The notes beneath the pieces are model-generated. The model did not search any database. It was not told the DNA's origin and saw only the letters and a list, made by a program, of their open reading frames with translations. 64,000 nucleotides of DNA from Synechococcus sp. (lineage in GTDB: Bacteria > Cyanobacteriota > Cyanobacteriia > PCC-6307 > Cyanobiaceae): the NCBI GenBank assembly GCA_047284725.1, contig JBJBEO010000001.1, positions 1,816,203-1,880,202 on the forward strand. Reading direction: 5' to 3'. This document shows, piece by piece, positions 47,757 to 57,603 of this stretch (the stretch's first letter is position 1; each line of letters begins with the position of its first letter). The position numbers were made by a program, and so were the translations under genes.

Positions 47757-48212
47757 ATGTCACTCACCAGCTTGTTCACCGCCACCGCCGCGGCTCCCTT
47801 CGCCTGGTCACTTGTGCTCGCCGGAGCGGTGGTGATCGCCAGCATTGTTCCTCTGGGGGCCGCCCGTTCCCAGGCCGACTTCACCATGACCGACATGGGT
47901 GCCCCCAGGGCCATGTTTGACCGACTGCCAGCCTGGGGGAAGCGCGCCAGCTGGGCCCATCAGAACAGTTTTGAAGCCTTCAGCCTCCATGCGCCGGCAG
48001 CCCTGCTCGCCCTGATCGCAGCACTTCAGACAGGACCTTTACCAGTCATCGCCGTCGGAGCCGCACTGGTTCAACCCCTGTTGCGACTTCTCTACATCGC
48101 TGCCTATGTGGGCAATGTGCCCCCAGCCCGTGGCCTCTGCTGGGCAACGGCTCTGTTCTGCACCGGTCTTCTCTACACCGAAGCGCTCAGAGCCCTGCTT
48201 CAGGCCGCCTGA
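47757..48212 (+). CDS. MAPEG family membrane protein
   Basis: PRAMFDRLPAWGKRASWAHQNSFEAF, R.LYIAAY. Confidence 0.9.
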   Translation: MSLTSLFTATAAAPFAWSLVLAGAVVIASIVPLGAARSQADFTMTDMGAPRAMFDRLPAWGKRASWAHQNSFEAFSLHAPAALLALIAALQTGPLPVIAVGAALVQPLLRLLYIAAYVGNVPPARGLCWATALFCTGLLYTEALRALLQAA

Positions 48213-48667
48213 GCCCAAGCGGCCAGAGCCTTGTCGGCTGAGGTGATCGACGCCAGAGAATCGTGCCAGTAGGCCTGCCATCCCAGCCGAGGCAGGCCTG
48301 CAAACACCATCAGATTCAGTGGATAGTGATCGGAATCCGTGCAGCGACGAAAATCATCGCGATACAGGAACACAGGCTTCTCCAACGCAAAGGCCGCTCC
48401 CAGCTCAACCATCACCCCCTCATCCGGGGGAGTGCCATTGACGATGGCGAACACGGCGTCAGCCTCGCCCACATCGTTCAGACACTGCTGCGCCACCCGA
48501 TAGACGCCGTCTGACCGGCTCAGATCAACGCCCTGGTTGCGGGCAAAGGGCTCCCAGACCACCAGGCCAAGCGACTCCAGCGCCTGCACAAAACGCGGCA
48601 GCAATGTGGCCCTGCTCTCTGAGGAAAAACCCAGGGGGGAGGCGAGATAGATCGTCTTCGCAGCCAT
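48200..48667 (-). CDS. nucleoside 2-deoxyribosyltransferase family protein
   Basis: IYLASPLGFS, DEGVMVELGAAFALEKP, NLM. Confidence 0.9.
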   Translation of the reverse strand: MAAKTIYLASPLGFSSESRATLLPRFVQALESLGLVVWEPFARNQGVDLSRSDGVYRVAQQCLNDVGEADAVFAIVNGTPPDEGVMVELGAAFALEKPVFLYRDDFRRCTDSDHYPLNLMVFAGLPRLGWQAYWHDSLASITSADKALAAWAQAA

Positions 48668-49581
48668 CAGCCCTGGGGGGCTTGGAACTGTTTCAGCGCC
48701 GCCAGCAACGCAGCGGGCGACTGGGGGTCAACCATCAGGACACTGCCGCCCGGTGCATCCGCCAGCTGTTCACCCATGGTCATCCACTCTTTGGCGAGCA
48801 TCAGACGCATCGCTTCAGCGGTGTGGGGGTTGGATTGCAGAGCTTCCGCCATCACCAGGCCGGCTTTCGCCTTGGCATCAGCGAGCACCTGCTGTTGCTG
48901 TGACTGGGCTTCCGCCTCCAGCAGCAAGGCCTCCTTCTGCGCTCTGGCATCCAGGACCAAGGCTTCAGCACGACCTCGAGCCTCGTTCAACTGAGATTCC
49001 TTCTCACCCTCCGAGCGCAGGATGGCAGCCCGCTTCTCGCGTTCCGCGGTCATCTGCTGTTCCATCGCCTGCTGAACCCCGGGCGATGGCACAATGTCGC
49101 GCATCTCAACCCGGGTGACTTTCACCCCCCAGGGATCGGTGGCCTGATCCAATTCCCGCAAGAGCAATTCGTTCACTTCACTGCGGGTGGTGAACGTCTG
49201 ATCCAGATCCAGCTTTCCCATCTCAGCACGAATCTGGGTCAACACGAGATTGACCATGGCCGCCTGCAGATTGTCGACCGCGTAGTAGGCGCGGGAGTGC
49301 TCGAGCAACTGCCAGTACACAACGGCATCGACTTCGATCGAGACGTTGTCGCGGGTGATGCATTGTTGCGGAGGAATGTCGAGAACGCGCTCCTTGAGCG
49401 ATTCATGGCTGACCACCTTCTCCACCACGGGAATCACCAACGACAACCCCGGCTGCAACTCGCGGTCAAACTTGCCCAGGCGCTCCACCAGGCGAGACCG
49501 TCCGCCACTGGTGACTTTGACGCTACCGGTACCGAGAACCGCCAGCAGCAGCAAAGCCGGCAGACTGAAAAGCGCTTCCAA
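48667..49581 (-). CDS. SPFH/stomatin (band 7) protein
   Basis: LVERLGKF, PPQQCITRDNV, WGVKVTRVE, QMTAEREKRA. Confidence 0.95.
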   Translation of the reverse strand: MEALFSLPALLLLAVLGTGSVKVTSGGRSRLVERLGKFDRELQPGLSLVIPVVEKVVSHESLKERVLDIPPQQCITRDNVSIEVDAVVYWQLLEHSRAYYAVDNLQAAMVNLVLTQIRAEMGKLDLDQTFTTRSEVNELLLRELDQATDPWGVKVTRVEMRDIVPSPGVQQAMEQQMTAEREKRAAILRSEGEKESQLNEARGRAEALVLDARAQKEALLLEAEAQSQQQQVLADAKAKAGLVMAEALQSNPHTAEAMRLMLAKEWMTMGEQLADAPGGSVLMVDPQSPAALLAALKQFQAPQG

Positions 49582-49688
49582 GGCATCAAGGCGTCTGTGG
49601 CGACCTTAAGGACCTTGACCAATGCCCACAAGGGCCATGCCACAGCCATGCAGGGGCATCAGAGTGAACTGAACTGGCGCAAGCGGTG

Positions 49689-50147
49689 ATGCCCTCGATC
49701 TGGGTTCCATTGATCTGGCTGGCGGTGGCTGCAGTCCTGCTGACCCTGGAGCTGTCACAGCCCAGTTTTGATGGCTTGATGTTTGCCGCCATCGCCGCCC
49801 TGCTGGTCTCAGCCGTCACGGCCATCGGCCCGCTGCCATTGGTGCTGCAACTGAGTGCGTTCGTCGTCATCACTGTCGTTGGCACCGTGTGGTTGATGCG
49901 TTGGTCAGCGCACCGCAATCCCGATCCCGACAGCCAACGACAGCGCCAGGATCTGGCCGAAGTGATCAGTCCCATTCCCCCTGGAGGTGAAGGCCGGGTT
50001 CGCTGGCATGGTCAGAGCTGGGCAGCGGCCTCTCTGGAACTGGAGCGCCCCCTCACCGATGGAGAGAAAGTGCTGGTGGTGGGGCGAGACGGAACGCAGC
50101 TGCAGGTGATGGCAGCAAGCCCTCTCAGTCGAAGTAGAGAAGACTGA
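49689..50147 (+). CDS. NfeD family protein
   Basis: TMs and OB-fold GRVRWHGQSWAA..GEKVLVVGRDGTQLQV; divergent from the SPFH gene. Confidence 0.9.
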   Translation: MPSIWVPLIWLAVAAVLLTLELSQPSFDGLMFAAIAALLVSAVTAIGPLPLVLQLSAFVVITVVGTVWLMRWSAHRNPDPDSQRQRQDLAEVISPIPPGGEGRVRWHGQSWAAASLELERPLTDGEKVLVVGRDGTQLQVMAASPLSRSRED

Positions 50148-50655
50148 CAACTTTTCCCATATCTTCGGCGCTGCGACAGCTGTTCAGCAGCGTTTCACTG
50201 TCATGGAAGGCCAGACAGATCAGCTGATCACAACGGCTGATGATGTCTTGATTGCAGAGACTGCTCGCCAGAGGCAGGGGCAAATCATCCTGTTCAGGCT
50301 TTTCGATCAGGTGAAGCACCCGATCCAGACTCTCACGAATCTCAGGGAGCTGCCTTTCCAGACTTTGGGGCAACAGCACCGTGAGACGCGCGGGATCCAC
50401 ATCCAACACTCCCCGGATGACAGCGGCGTTGACACCCTGGGCACCCGACGTGATCAAGGAGTGTCCTTCCTGGGCCAGGGAACGGGCGATCAATTCAACG
50501 AGATGAATGGCCACAATCGGCACATGACGGCTGCCGAGAATCGCAATTCTGCGCTTGCCTTTGTCCTGAAGCAGTGCCAACTCCTGGGCCAGGGTGTCAA
50601 CCCTGTCAAGAGACGGAAGATCTAGGGAGCGGCTCAAGGACATCCCACCGGTCAC
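50125..50655 (-). CDS. DprA/SMF-like (SLOG) cyanobacterial protein
   Basis: IAILGSRH, LITSGAQGVNAAVIRG, FHDSETL. Confidence 0.85.
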   Translation of the reverse strand: MTGGMSLSRSLDLPSLDRVDTLAQELALLQDKGKRRIAILGSRHVPIVAIHLVELIARSLAQEGHSLITSGAQGVNAAVIRGVLDVDPARLTVLLPQSLERQLPEIRESLDRVLHLIEKPEQDDLPLPLASSLCNQDIISRCDQLICLAFHDSETLLNSCRSAEDMGKVVSLLYFD

Positions 50656-50740
50656 AGTCAGAAATTAGCAGTAATTCTGATGCGTATGAGAGAACGAAAC
50701 ACGCTCGCGTCAGGATGATTGAACCGTCGGGATGGGAGCT

Positions 50741-51832
50741 TCAGAGCGAGACGCCCAGAACGGAGAACAACCGGTCGAGTTGGCAGTGATCTTCGACCAG
50801 ACGGAAGGCGTAGGTGGCTTTGACTGCCTCGTGCAGGCGCACATGACCAAAGGCCTGTTCAATCACTTCCACGGTGGCGAGGGTGTCGTGCTCCACTTTC
50901 AACAGAGGGACCTCAAGTTCGTCGGCCCGGCTGATCAATTGAGGCAGAGGCTCGCCAGCACCGGTGAGAATCAGACATTGTGTGGAAGCCTCAAGGGCTG
51001 CCAACTGAATATCGGTTCGATCAGCACCGGTCACAACCGCCATATTGCGGCGACGACGGAAGAACTCCATCGCTGAGTTCACGTTCATGGCACCGATACT
51101 CAGCGTCTCAACCAGCAATTCCAGACGCTCTTCACAGCAGATCACCCGAGCATCAAGACGACGCACCAGTTCTCCGACCGTGACACTGCGCAACAGGGGA
51201 GAACGCGGCATCACACCAAACACAGCCAGGCCAAGCGCCTCCAGAGCCGGTACCACCTGACGCTGAATCACGCCCACTTCTTTGGGCGTCACGGCATTGA
51301 GCACGATGCCGGCCAAACGGTCACCCAGCTGATCGCGGGCCTCCAGCAGCGCATCCACACTTGTGCTGTTCTGCCACAAATGCAACAACACCACCTTGGC
51401 GTCGAGGCCGCGGGCCAGCTGGCCGAGGCTGAGCCCATATAAGAGGCCTTCATGCAGGCTTCCCGCCGCCTCCAGCAGGGTGAACGCGTCATCGTCCTGT
51501 TGAAGCTGCTGTTGCAGTCGCGTGAATCCATCGCCGGGATCAAGTCGACCTTCGGACAGACGCTGATCGGCAGAGGCGGGAGCGAGAAGGTGAAGCGATG
51601 GAATCAACTGGTCCTCGCTGAGGCCCAGGGTGTCTCCGACGAAACGAACGTCGTCGTCAATCAAGGGATCTGGCAGCTCACCACCATCAGCAGACCACTC
51701 AAGACTGGTGGCCAAGGGTTTCCCGAAGCGGACGGGTCGACCAGACGTCGCGAGTTGACGCGCCAGACCCAACACAAAAGCTGATTTCCCACTGAAAGGT
51801 TCACACGATCCGATCAGCAAGGTCGATCCCAT
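50741..51832 (-). CDS. phosphotransacetylase-family protein (BioD-like N-terminus + DRTGG)
   Basis: FSGKS, FGKPL, VTGADRTDIQLAALE, CLILTG. Confidence 0.9.
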   Translation of the reverse strand: MGSTLLIGSCEPFSGKSAFVLGLARQLATSGRPVRFGKPLATSLEWSADGGELPDPLIDDDVRFVGDTLGLSEDQLIPSLHLLAPASADQRLSEGRLDPGDGFTRLQQQLQQDDDAFTLLEAAGSLHEGLLYGLSLGQLARGLDAKVVLLHLWQNSTSVDALLEARDQLGDRLAGIVLNAVTPKEVGVIQRQVVPALEALGLAVFGVMPRSPLLRSVTVGELVRRLDARVICCEERLELLVETLSIGAMNVNSAMEFFRRRRNMAVVTGADRTDIQLAALEASTQCLILTGAGEPLPQLISRADELEVPLLKVEHDTLATVEVIEQAFGHVRLHEAVKATYAFRLVEDHCQLDRLFSVLGVSL

Positions 51833-51872
51833 CAGAGGCTCCAGGTTTCCCTTCTTGCAAATAATTTAAGGG

Positions 51873-52250
51873 TCATCCCGCATCCGAGACGAGCGGATCC
51901 TGCTCCAGCAGAATCCACCGCCAACATTGCTCCGGCAAATCGATGGCTTCCGCCTCCAGGGGGCACTCCATCAACCACTGCACGAGTTGATGCGCTGGCA
52001 CTTCAAAGCTGTAGCGCAACGAGGGCTCATCAGGAAACGACAAGTCACAGCGGCAGGGATTGAGGGGTGCTCGCACCGGATCCCAACTGAGCCGATAGGC
52101 ATGCGATTGTCCCCCCTCCAGCTGGCGTCGCCCCTCCAGAAATCCCCTGTCAAAGAACGGCAGCACGTTCAGCAAGGCCTGTTCCTGCGGCAAACCTCCG
52201 CAGTAGGGAGCGAAGAGTGCAATCTGAGCTGCGTCGGCTGGGGGGGTCAC
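51873..52250 (-). CDS. ebsA: type IV pilus/biofilm-suppression protein EbsA-like
   Basis: LFAPYC, GRRQLEGG, C.LSF..L.YSFE, DLPE..WRW; next to the PTA-family gene. Confidence 0.7.
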   Translation of the reverse strand: MTPPADAAQIALFAPYCGGLPQEQALLNVLPFFDRGFLEGRRQLEGGQSHAYRLSWDPVRAPLNPCRCDLSFPDEPSLRYSFEVPAHQLVQWLMECPLEAEAIDLPEQCWRWILLEQDPLVSDAG

Positions 52251-52292
52251 TGGCCTGATTTTGTTAGTCCCAGGATGCCCCAAGCTGGGGCG

Positions 52293-53033
52293 ATGGCCCA
52301 ACATTCATCCAAATCTCCCTGGAAGGGAAAGCGAGTCGGCATCACCGGGGCCCGTGGTGCGCTGGGCCAGGCCCTCTGCCGGCAGTTTCAACAACGCGGA
52401 GCCAAGGTGGTGGGCTTCAGCCATGGCCCGCGTCCCGACACGGCTGATCCCCGGTCCATCCCCCAGGAATGGGTGCAATGGAGCTGCGGGCAGGAACACC
52501 AACTGGATCCCGTGCTCGCAACTCTTGACCTGTTGGTGCTGAACCATGGCATCAATCCTGGAGGTGATCAGCGACCCGAAACGATCACAACCGCTCTCCA
52601 GGTCAATGCTTTGAGCAGCTGGGCTTTGATCAATCGGTATGAAGCGATCGCCGCGGCCGCCCCTCTCGACGATGGCCGTCGCGACCTCTGGGTGAACACC
52701 TCCGAAGCGGAGATTCAACCAGCCTTAAGCCCTGGCTATGAACTGAGCAAACGCCTGATCGGTCAGCTGGTGAGCTTGCGATGGAGCCAACGCAGCCCCA
52801 GGGATCAGGCCTCATTGCGCCTCAGGAAGCTGGTGCTTGGCCCATTCAAGTCGGACCTCAATCCAATCGGGCTGATGTCGGCGGATTTTGTGGCGCAACA
52901 AGTGATCACTCAGGCGTCGTGGGGCCTCAGCCTGATCGTCGTCACGCCGAATCCACTGACGTATGTGTTTCTCCCCCTGAACGAACTGGGGCGTTCGCTG
53001 TACAACCGCTGCTTCAATCGCCCCGATCGGTGA
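52293..53033 (+). CDS. short-chain dehydrogenase/reductase
   Basis: [26 protein letters not shown]. Confidence 0.9.
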   Translation: MAQHSSKSPWKGKRVGITGARGALGQALCRQFQQRGAKVVGFSHGPRPDTADPRSIPQEWVQWSCGQEHQLDPVLATLDLLVLNHGINPGGDQRPETITTALQVNALSSWALINRYEAIAAAAPLDDGRRDLWVNTSEAEIQPALSPGYELSKRLIGQLVSLRWSQRSPRDQASLRLRKLVLGPFKSDLNPIGLMSADFVAQQVITQASWGLSLIVVTPNPLTYVFLPLNELGRSLYNRCFNRPDR

Positions 53034-53853
53034 GGATGTCGCAGCCATCGGAAGTGACCACGATGGTGTGTTCCCACTGGGCCGACAAGCTGCCGTCCTT
53101 GGTGACGACGGTCCAGCGGTCTTTGAGGGTGCGGCAATGCTTGCTGCCTGCATTGAGGATGGGTTCCACAGCCAAGGTCATGCCCGGACGCAGGATGACA
53201 TTGGGAAGGTCGTCGGTGCGGAAGTTGAAGACCGAAGGCTCTTCGTGCAAATTACGGCCCACCCCATGACCGGTGTAATCCTCCACCACACTGAAACCAT
53301 TGGCGACAACGTGATCTTCCACAGCACCGGCGATATCCAGCAGCGTGTTGCCGGCCTTGATTTTTGAGAGACCAGCCATCAATGACTCACGAGCCACACG
53401 ACTGAGGGTCTGCGCCTCTTCAGAGGCGTCACCGACGCAGATGGTGACGCAGCTGTCACCGTGGTACCCGTCGAAATAAGCACCCGTATCCACTTTGAGT
53501 AAGTCGCCGTTGCGAATCACACGCTTGGCATTCGGGATGCCATGCACCACCTCGTTGTTGATGCTGGCGCAGATACTGGCCGGGAATCCGTGATAGCCCT
53601 TGAAACTGGGAGTCGCGCCCATCTCTCGGATGCGGCGTTCAGCGATGGCATCCAGATCACCTGTGGTCATGCCGGCCTGAACAGAGCCCATGATTTCGCG
53701 AAGCACCGTCGCGACGATCCGACTCGCCTCGGCCATGATTTTGAGTTCACGGGCTGATTTCACCTCCACACCACGACGCTGCTGGATGCGGGGCCCCGTG
53801 GCCGTGGCCCTGCCGCCATTGGAGGCAGCAAGAAGATCAGCAAAAAGATTCAT
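53014..53853 (-). CDS. map: methionine aminopeptidase type I
   Basis: [46 protein letters not shown]. Confidence 0.97.
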   Translation of the reverse strand: MNLFADLLAASNGGRATATGPRIQQRRGVEVKSARELKIMAEASRIVATVLREIMGSVQAGMTTGDLDAIAERRIREMGATPSFKGYHGFPASICASINNEVVHGIPNAKRVIRNGDLLKVDTGAYFDGYHGDSCVTICVGDASEEAQTLSRVARESLMAGLSKIKAGNTLLDIAGAVEDHVVANGFSVVEDYTGHGVGRNLHEEPSVFNFRTDDLPNVILRPGMTLAVEPILNAGSKHCRTLKDRWTVVTKDGSLSAQWEHTIVVTSDGCDILTDRGD

Positions 53854-53969
53854 CGCATCGCGTGGGGTGAGGATGACCGGTGGAGAACGGCAGGGCTGGC
53901 GTGATCTCCGCAGTCATGTCGGCATGGCTGGTTTCACGCTATCAATAGCTGCATCATCTGGAGGGTTCG

Positions 53970-54284
53970 ATGGCTTGGCTGCGACGGATCCGCCAGCTGC
54001 ATCGCTGGGTAGCGCCCTTCGTCCTGCTCCCGCTCCTGATCACGTTGACAACAGGCATGGCCTATCGCCTGCTCAAGGACTGGGCAGGCCTTGAACGGGA
54101 TCAGGTGCACTGGCTAATGGCGCTGCATGAAGGGGAATGGCTGGGTCCCCAGCTGGAACCGGCGGTCGTTCTGCTCAATGGCATAGGACTGCTATGGATG
54201 CTGATCACAGGTGGAGCCATGGTCTGGCAGCAGTTCCGCCTTGCTCGCCCTGCTTCAACAGATCAGGGGCAGGCGAAAGGGTAA
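53970..54284 (+). CDS. PepSY-associated TM helix protein
   Basis: RQLHRWVAP..PLLITLTTG..WLMALHEG..ITG. Confidence 0.8.
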   Translation: MAWLRRIRQLHRWVAPFVLLPLLITLTTGMAYRLLKDWAGLERDQVHWLMALHEGEWLGPQLEPAVVLLNGIGLLWMLITGGAMVWQQFRLARPASTDQGQAKG

Positions 54285-54317
54285 GCTGGTTGTTTGGCGT
54301 GATTACCCGGAGCTGGG

Positions 54318-54791
54318 ATGGCAGCGGATCCGAAAGAGACTTCCTCAACGGAAGAGACCACTGACGTGGCAACCAGCGATGTGGCCGTTGCAGACGCACC
54401 CGCCAAGGTCAACAGTGCTGCTTCAGGGGTGAAACTCAGCGCACAGCAGCTGATTCACGAATTTGAAGCAGCTCAGCAGAAATCCGAGCTCCCAGATATT
54501 TACGTGGGTGACACCGTCAAGGTGGGTGTTCGCATCAGCGAGGGCAATAAGGAGCGAGTCCAACCCTACGAAGGTGTGGTGATTGCCAAGCGCCATGGAG
54601 GCATCAATGCCACCATCACGGTGCGTCGCATTTTCCAGGGAATCGGCGTTGAGCGTGTGTTCATGCTTCACAGCCCCCAGGTGGCCTCCATCAAGGTCGA
54701 GCGTCGCGGTAAAGTACGTCGGGCGAAGCTTTTCTACCTGCGAGACCGAGTGGGCAAGGCCACTCGTGTGAAGCAGCGCTTCGACCGCTGA
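54318..54791 (+). CDS. rplS: 50S ribosomal protein L19
   Basis: [44 protein letters not shown]. Confidence 0.98.
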   Translation: MAADPKETSSTEETTDVATSDVAVADAPAKVNSAASGVKLSAQQLIHEFEAAQQKSELPDIYVGDTVKVGVRISEGNKERVQPYEGVVIAKRHGGINATITVRRIFQGIGVERVFMLHSPQVASIKVERRGKVRRAKLFYLRDRVGKATRVKQRFDR

Positions 54792-54853
54792 GGCCACGGC
54801 CTCACCCCGTCCAACAATCGTTGCTTTGCAATGGTCGAGGGGATCATCGCCTT

Positions 54854-54926
54854 GCGCCGTTAGTTCAGTTGGTAGAACGCAGGTCTCCAAAACCTGATGT
54901 CGGGGGTTCGAGTCCTCCACGGCGCG
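54854..54926 (+). tRNA. trnW: tRNA-Trp (CCA)
   Basis: Acceptor GCGCCGT/ACGGCGC, anticodon arm CAGGT-CTCCAAA-ACCTG, GGTTCGAGTCC T-arm. Confidence 0.98.
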
Positions 54927-54962
54927 TCCGATGACCCCTCATGCACTTTCCTGAGTTCGAGC

Positions 54963-55151
54963 ATGGAGTTAGATCTTCAACCTGGTGATGTTGTGAAGGT
55001 GCTCGAATCAGCCGCCCTCGGCTGGGTTCGGGCCCGTGTGATTCGTGTCAAATCAGGCGGCAGGGTCGTTGTTCAAAGCGATCAAGGCCGTGAGTTCACA
55101 GCCCGCGGCAATCAGGTACGCCTGATTGAGCCAGCAGGGTTCCGTCCCTGA
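54963..55151 (+). CDS. Prochlorococcus/marine Synechococcus hyper-conserved protein (PSHCP/HCP)
   Basis: MELDLQPGDVVKVLESAALGWVRARVIRVKSGGRVVVQSDQGREFTARGNQVRLIEPAGFRP, in the known position after rplS-tRNA-Trp. Confidence 0.95.
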   Translation: MELDLQPGDVVKVLESAALGWVRARVIRVKSGGRVVVQSDQGREFTARGNQVRLIEPAGFRP

Positions 55152-55173
55152 CAGTTCTCATTGATGGACTGTG

Positions 55174-55198
55174 ACCTCGCCCAAGGGCGGGGTTTTTT
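55174..55198 (+). terminator. intrinsic terminator after HCP
   Basis: ACCTCGCCC-AA-GGGCGGGGT-TTTTT. Confidence 0.8.
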
Positions 55199-55560
55199 CA
55201 TGCCTGCATCTGCCCATGCGCTTCGGCCGTGGCCTGGCCCATGTTTTGCGAGCACAGGTGGAGTCCAGCTGGTTGACCTGATGCAACCACAACAGATCGA
55301 ACATGCCGCCGAAAACCGGCAGCTCTCAGGAAATTCACAGACATGCCTCAGCAGCCATTCATTGGCGGCACCCTTTTCTGAGCGATGGTGTGGTGGAGAG
55401 AAAGGCAGCCCTGAGAGCAGGTTCCACGCTGCCGACCAGAGGCCAATTATTAAGAAAGTGTCAAGCCCTTGCGCAAGGCTTTGTAGCGTGCCATCATGAG
55501 TTCAAGGGAGGGAACACTCCCCCCTCATGCACAGCTCCTTTCTCTCACCCGAGCTTTCAA

Positions 55561-56019
55561 ATGAAAAACTTCAAAGCACTCGTTGCCGGTCTTGTTGCGC
55601 TGGGCGCCTTTGCTCCTGCAGCTTTCGCCGACACTTCTGATAGCACCAAGTTCCAGTATACTCGTTCATTCGCTTGTGACATTGCAGCCGACGATTCGAC
55701 GGTCGCGATGACCAAGACTGGCGACCAACTTGATGGTAGCACTGGTTTGACTGTCACTGGTGACACAAGTCTCGCCAAAGTGACTGTCCAAGTTGGAGAC
55801 ACTTCAGCCAGCGAAAATGTCACCCTCCAAGCGGGCTCGGCAATTGTGACACTTGACGGCGTTTCTTCGGAAGCAGTCACTGGATCTGGCGGCAGCAAGT
55901 CTGACAATTTCGTGCACACCTCCGTCGCGAGCGCTATGACCCTTAGCGCTCAAGTCACGGGTGCTACTGCTCTTGGCTTGTATGAAATCCCAGTCGAGGT
56001 GACCTGCGCCGAAGCTTGA
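55561..56019 (+). CDS. secreted beta-rich, fimbrial major subunit-like protein (152 aa)
   Basis: Sec signal (..APAAFA|D), Thr/Ser/Gly/Val-rich, Cys near the mature N-terminus and C-terminal GLYEIPVEVTC. Confidence 0.75.
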   Translation: MKNFKALVAGLVALGAFAPAAFADTSDSTKFQYTRSFACDIAADDSTVAMTKTGDQLDGSTGLTVTGDTSLAKVTVQVGDTSASENVTLQAGSAIVTLDGVSSEAVTGSGGSKSDNFVHTSVASAMTLSAQVTGATALGLYEIPVEVTCAEA

Positions 56020-56068
56020 TTGATTTTCATCAGCTAACCAAAGGGAACACAGTCTCTTTGCAACTATT

Positions 56069-56099
56069 AAAAGAGAGGGGCTTTACACCCCTCTTTTTT
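56069..56099 (+). terminator. intrinsic terminator between the subunit-like and chaperone-like genes
   Basis: AAAAGAGAGGGG-CTTTACA-CCCCTCTTTTTT. Confidence 0.85.
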
Positions 56100-56130
56100 A
56101 TGCTACTTTTCAAATATCTAGGCTCTTAAC

Positions 56131-56511
56131 ATGATCCTTGAAGGTGCTCTTCTTGCTGCAGCATTGCAAATCAAAGGCCCCGACGTTTTAACGCGCAATA
56201 TAAAAAATGAATCCCAAGTGAGAGGCTATGCCGAAGCCGACCAAGGTAAACCTGGTGTTTACACCATCACCATTCACACTGCAGATGGAGAAGGAGTTGG
56301 AGAAGAGATCATTCCTATCACCATCCTCCCGAAAAAGCTAATACTTAAGGAAAAGAGACCGAGAACATTTTCTATGAAATTTTCACTCTCCGAAAACTAC
56401 GAAGGTCCGGTTTACTTTTGCATTAAACGAAAAAATGATCCCGGCGAAAAAGCCGGAGGACTCAGAATTAGAACTCGCACATGCTATAAGAGATCGATAC
56501 TTGCCAAATAG
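56131..56511 (+). CDS. small basic beta-rich protein, possibly a single Ig-like fimbrial chaperone-like domain
   Basis: ILPKKLILKEKRPRTFSM resembles the PapD_N 'P..f.L.pg....v.v' segment; C-terminal YFC..RTC Cys pair. Confidence 0.65.
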   Translation: MILEGALLAAALQIKGPDVLTRNIKNESQVRGYAEADQGKPGVYTITIHTADGEGVGEEIIPITILPKKLILKEKRPRTFSMKFSLSENYEGPVYFCIKRKNDPGEKAGGLRIRTRTCYKRSILAK

Positions 56512-56516
56512 ACCGC

Positions 56517-57047
56517 ATGACTCACTGCAACATCAAAATGTTTCGCCCCAAGGCAATTAATTTCAGATTATTTTTCCTGCTATTTGCTTATTGCTTTTTT
56601 CCTGCAAATGCCTTCTCTCAAATAACAACTTTTGAGCCAGTCACTGGCACGTCCAACGAACTTCTTCTCGATGATTTGGGGCTCTCCTCCATACAACAAC
56701 CAGAAGGAAGAACATTTACTCTTGAACTGCCTGATGGATTAGTTTGCGAATCAACTGATGGAACTCCACCTTCACTGAATCTCTATGCAGGCACATCAGA
56801 TCGAACCAATTCATTTCAACGCTCCAGCGATTATTACACGGGAGGCATTGGTGCAGGTGCTGTAGTTTCAATACCTTTGAACACAAAAGAAAAAAGAAAC
56901 TGTGATGCAGCTTACAAAAGCTATTTAAATTCGAAGCAACTTGAAACAGCCCAATTGCTCTACGAGCTCGGGGTCATGAATGACGACGAACTTCAAGAAT
57001 TCGCAAACCGCATCAAAGATTTGCTTATTAATTCAAGCCAAAATTAA
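56517..57047 (+). CDS. secreted hypothetical protein (beta hairpin + C-terminal helices)
   Basis: Signal peptide (..PANAFS); GLVC..SLNLYAG..GIGAGAVVSIPL..RNC..Y; start may be 56538. Confidence 0.75.
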   Translation: MTHCNIKMFRPKAINFRLFFLLFAYCFFPANAFSQITTFEPVTGTSNELLLDDLGLSSIQQPEGRTFTLELPDGLVCESTDGTPPSLNLYAGTSDRTNSFQRSSDYYTGGIGAGAVVSIPLNTKEKRNCDAAYKSYLNSKQLETAQLLYELGVMNDDELQEFANRIKDLLINSSQN

Positions 57048-57056
57048 AATATCTGG

Positions 57057-57302
57057 CTACCGATCGTTAACTTTACAACCAATAAGGTCTTCGCCTCCCA
57101 AATCAGAAACGAAATAGCGACAAGTTTCCACAATAGTTTCCTCAACCTTAAAACGAAATATTACCCGAACGCTTTTTTTTTCGATACCTGCTACTCGATG
57201 CCTCTCACTATTTATGCCATTTTGTATGAGTACAAAAGAAAAAATCAGCACAAGAACCACAAGAGTGCAATAATATACTGATTTTTTTTGCATCATTCTC
57301 AA
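57057..57302 (-). CDS. small membrane-anchored protein with a Cys pair
   Basis: N-terminal TM; ETC..GC; AT-rich. Confidence 0.5.
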   Translation of the reverse strand: MRMMQKKSVYYCTLVVLVLIFSFVLIQNGINSERHRVAGIEKKSVRVIFRFKVEETIVETCRYFVSDLGGEDLIGCKVNDR

Positions 57303-57315
57303 GCCTTAAACTTTG

Positions 57316-57603
57316 CTATTGCAACTTTTTATGCAAGGTCTCTGTTGAAACTCTCCCGTTAGTCAAATCAATACAAGAGACAGAAGTCACTGTATCTAAA
57401 GGTTGATTGGCTAAGAAATTACTTGCAGCATTTAGGCAAATGCTATGTCTTTGAAATTGAAAAGCGACGGCATCTATTGTACTAGAGCCTTGAGTTCTCA
57501 CCTGAATAACCATTTGCGACCGCGCCATCACTGGCGCAGAGGCAAAGGCTAAAAGCATCAATTGTGAGAGTGGAGCCCAAGCGAAAAGCCGCAACCGTTT
57601 CAT
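57316..57603 (-). CDS. small secreted protein with a Cys pair
   Basis: Signal peptide (..SAPVMA); FQRHSICLNAA..VSCID. Confidence 0.6.
   Translation of the reverse strand: MKRLRLFAWAPLSQLMLLAFASAPVMARSQMVIQVRTQGSSTIDAVAFQFQRHSICLNAASNFLANQPLDTVTSVSCIDLTNGRVSTETLHKKLQ

Noticed and set aside
48200..50655. Nucleotide-signalling defence system (deoxyribosyltransferase + SLOG + SPFH)
   Set aside because: The genes have backbone GC and codon usage and sit among housekeeping genes, with no cyclase, TIR or effector partner
55303..55560. N-terminal extension of the 238-aa ORF
   Set aside because: A clear signal peptide starts at ATG 55561; the upstream part looks like promoter and 5' UTR, with a hairpin near 55505-55525
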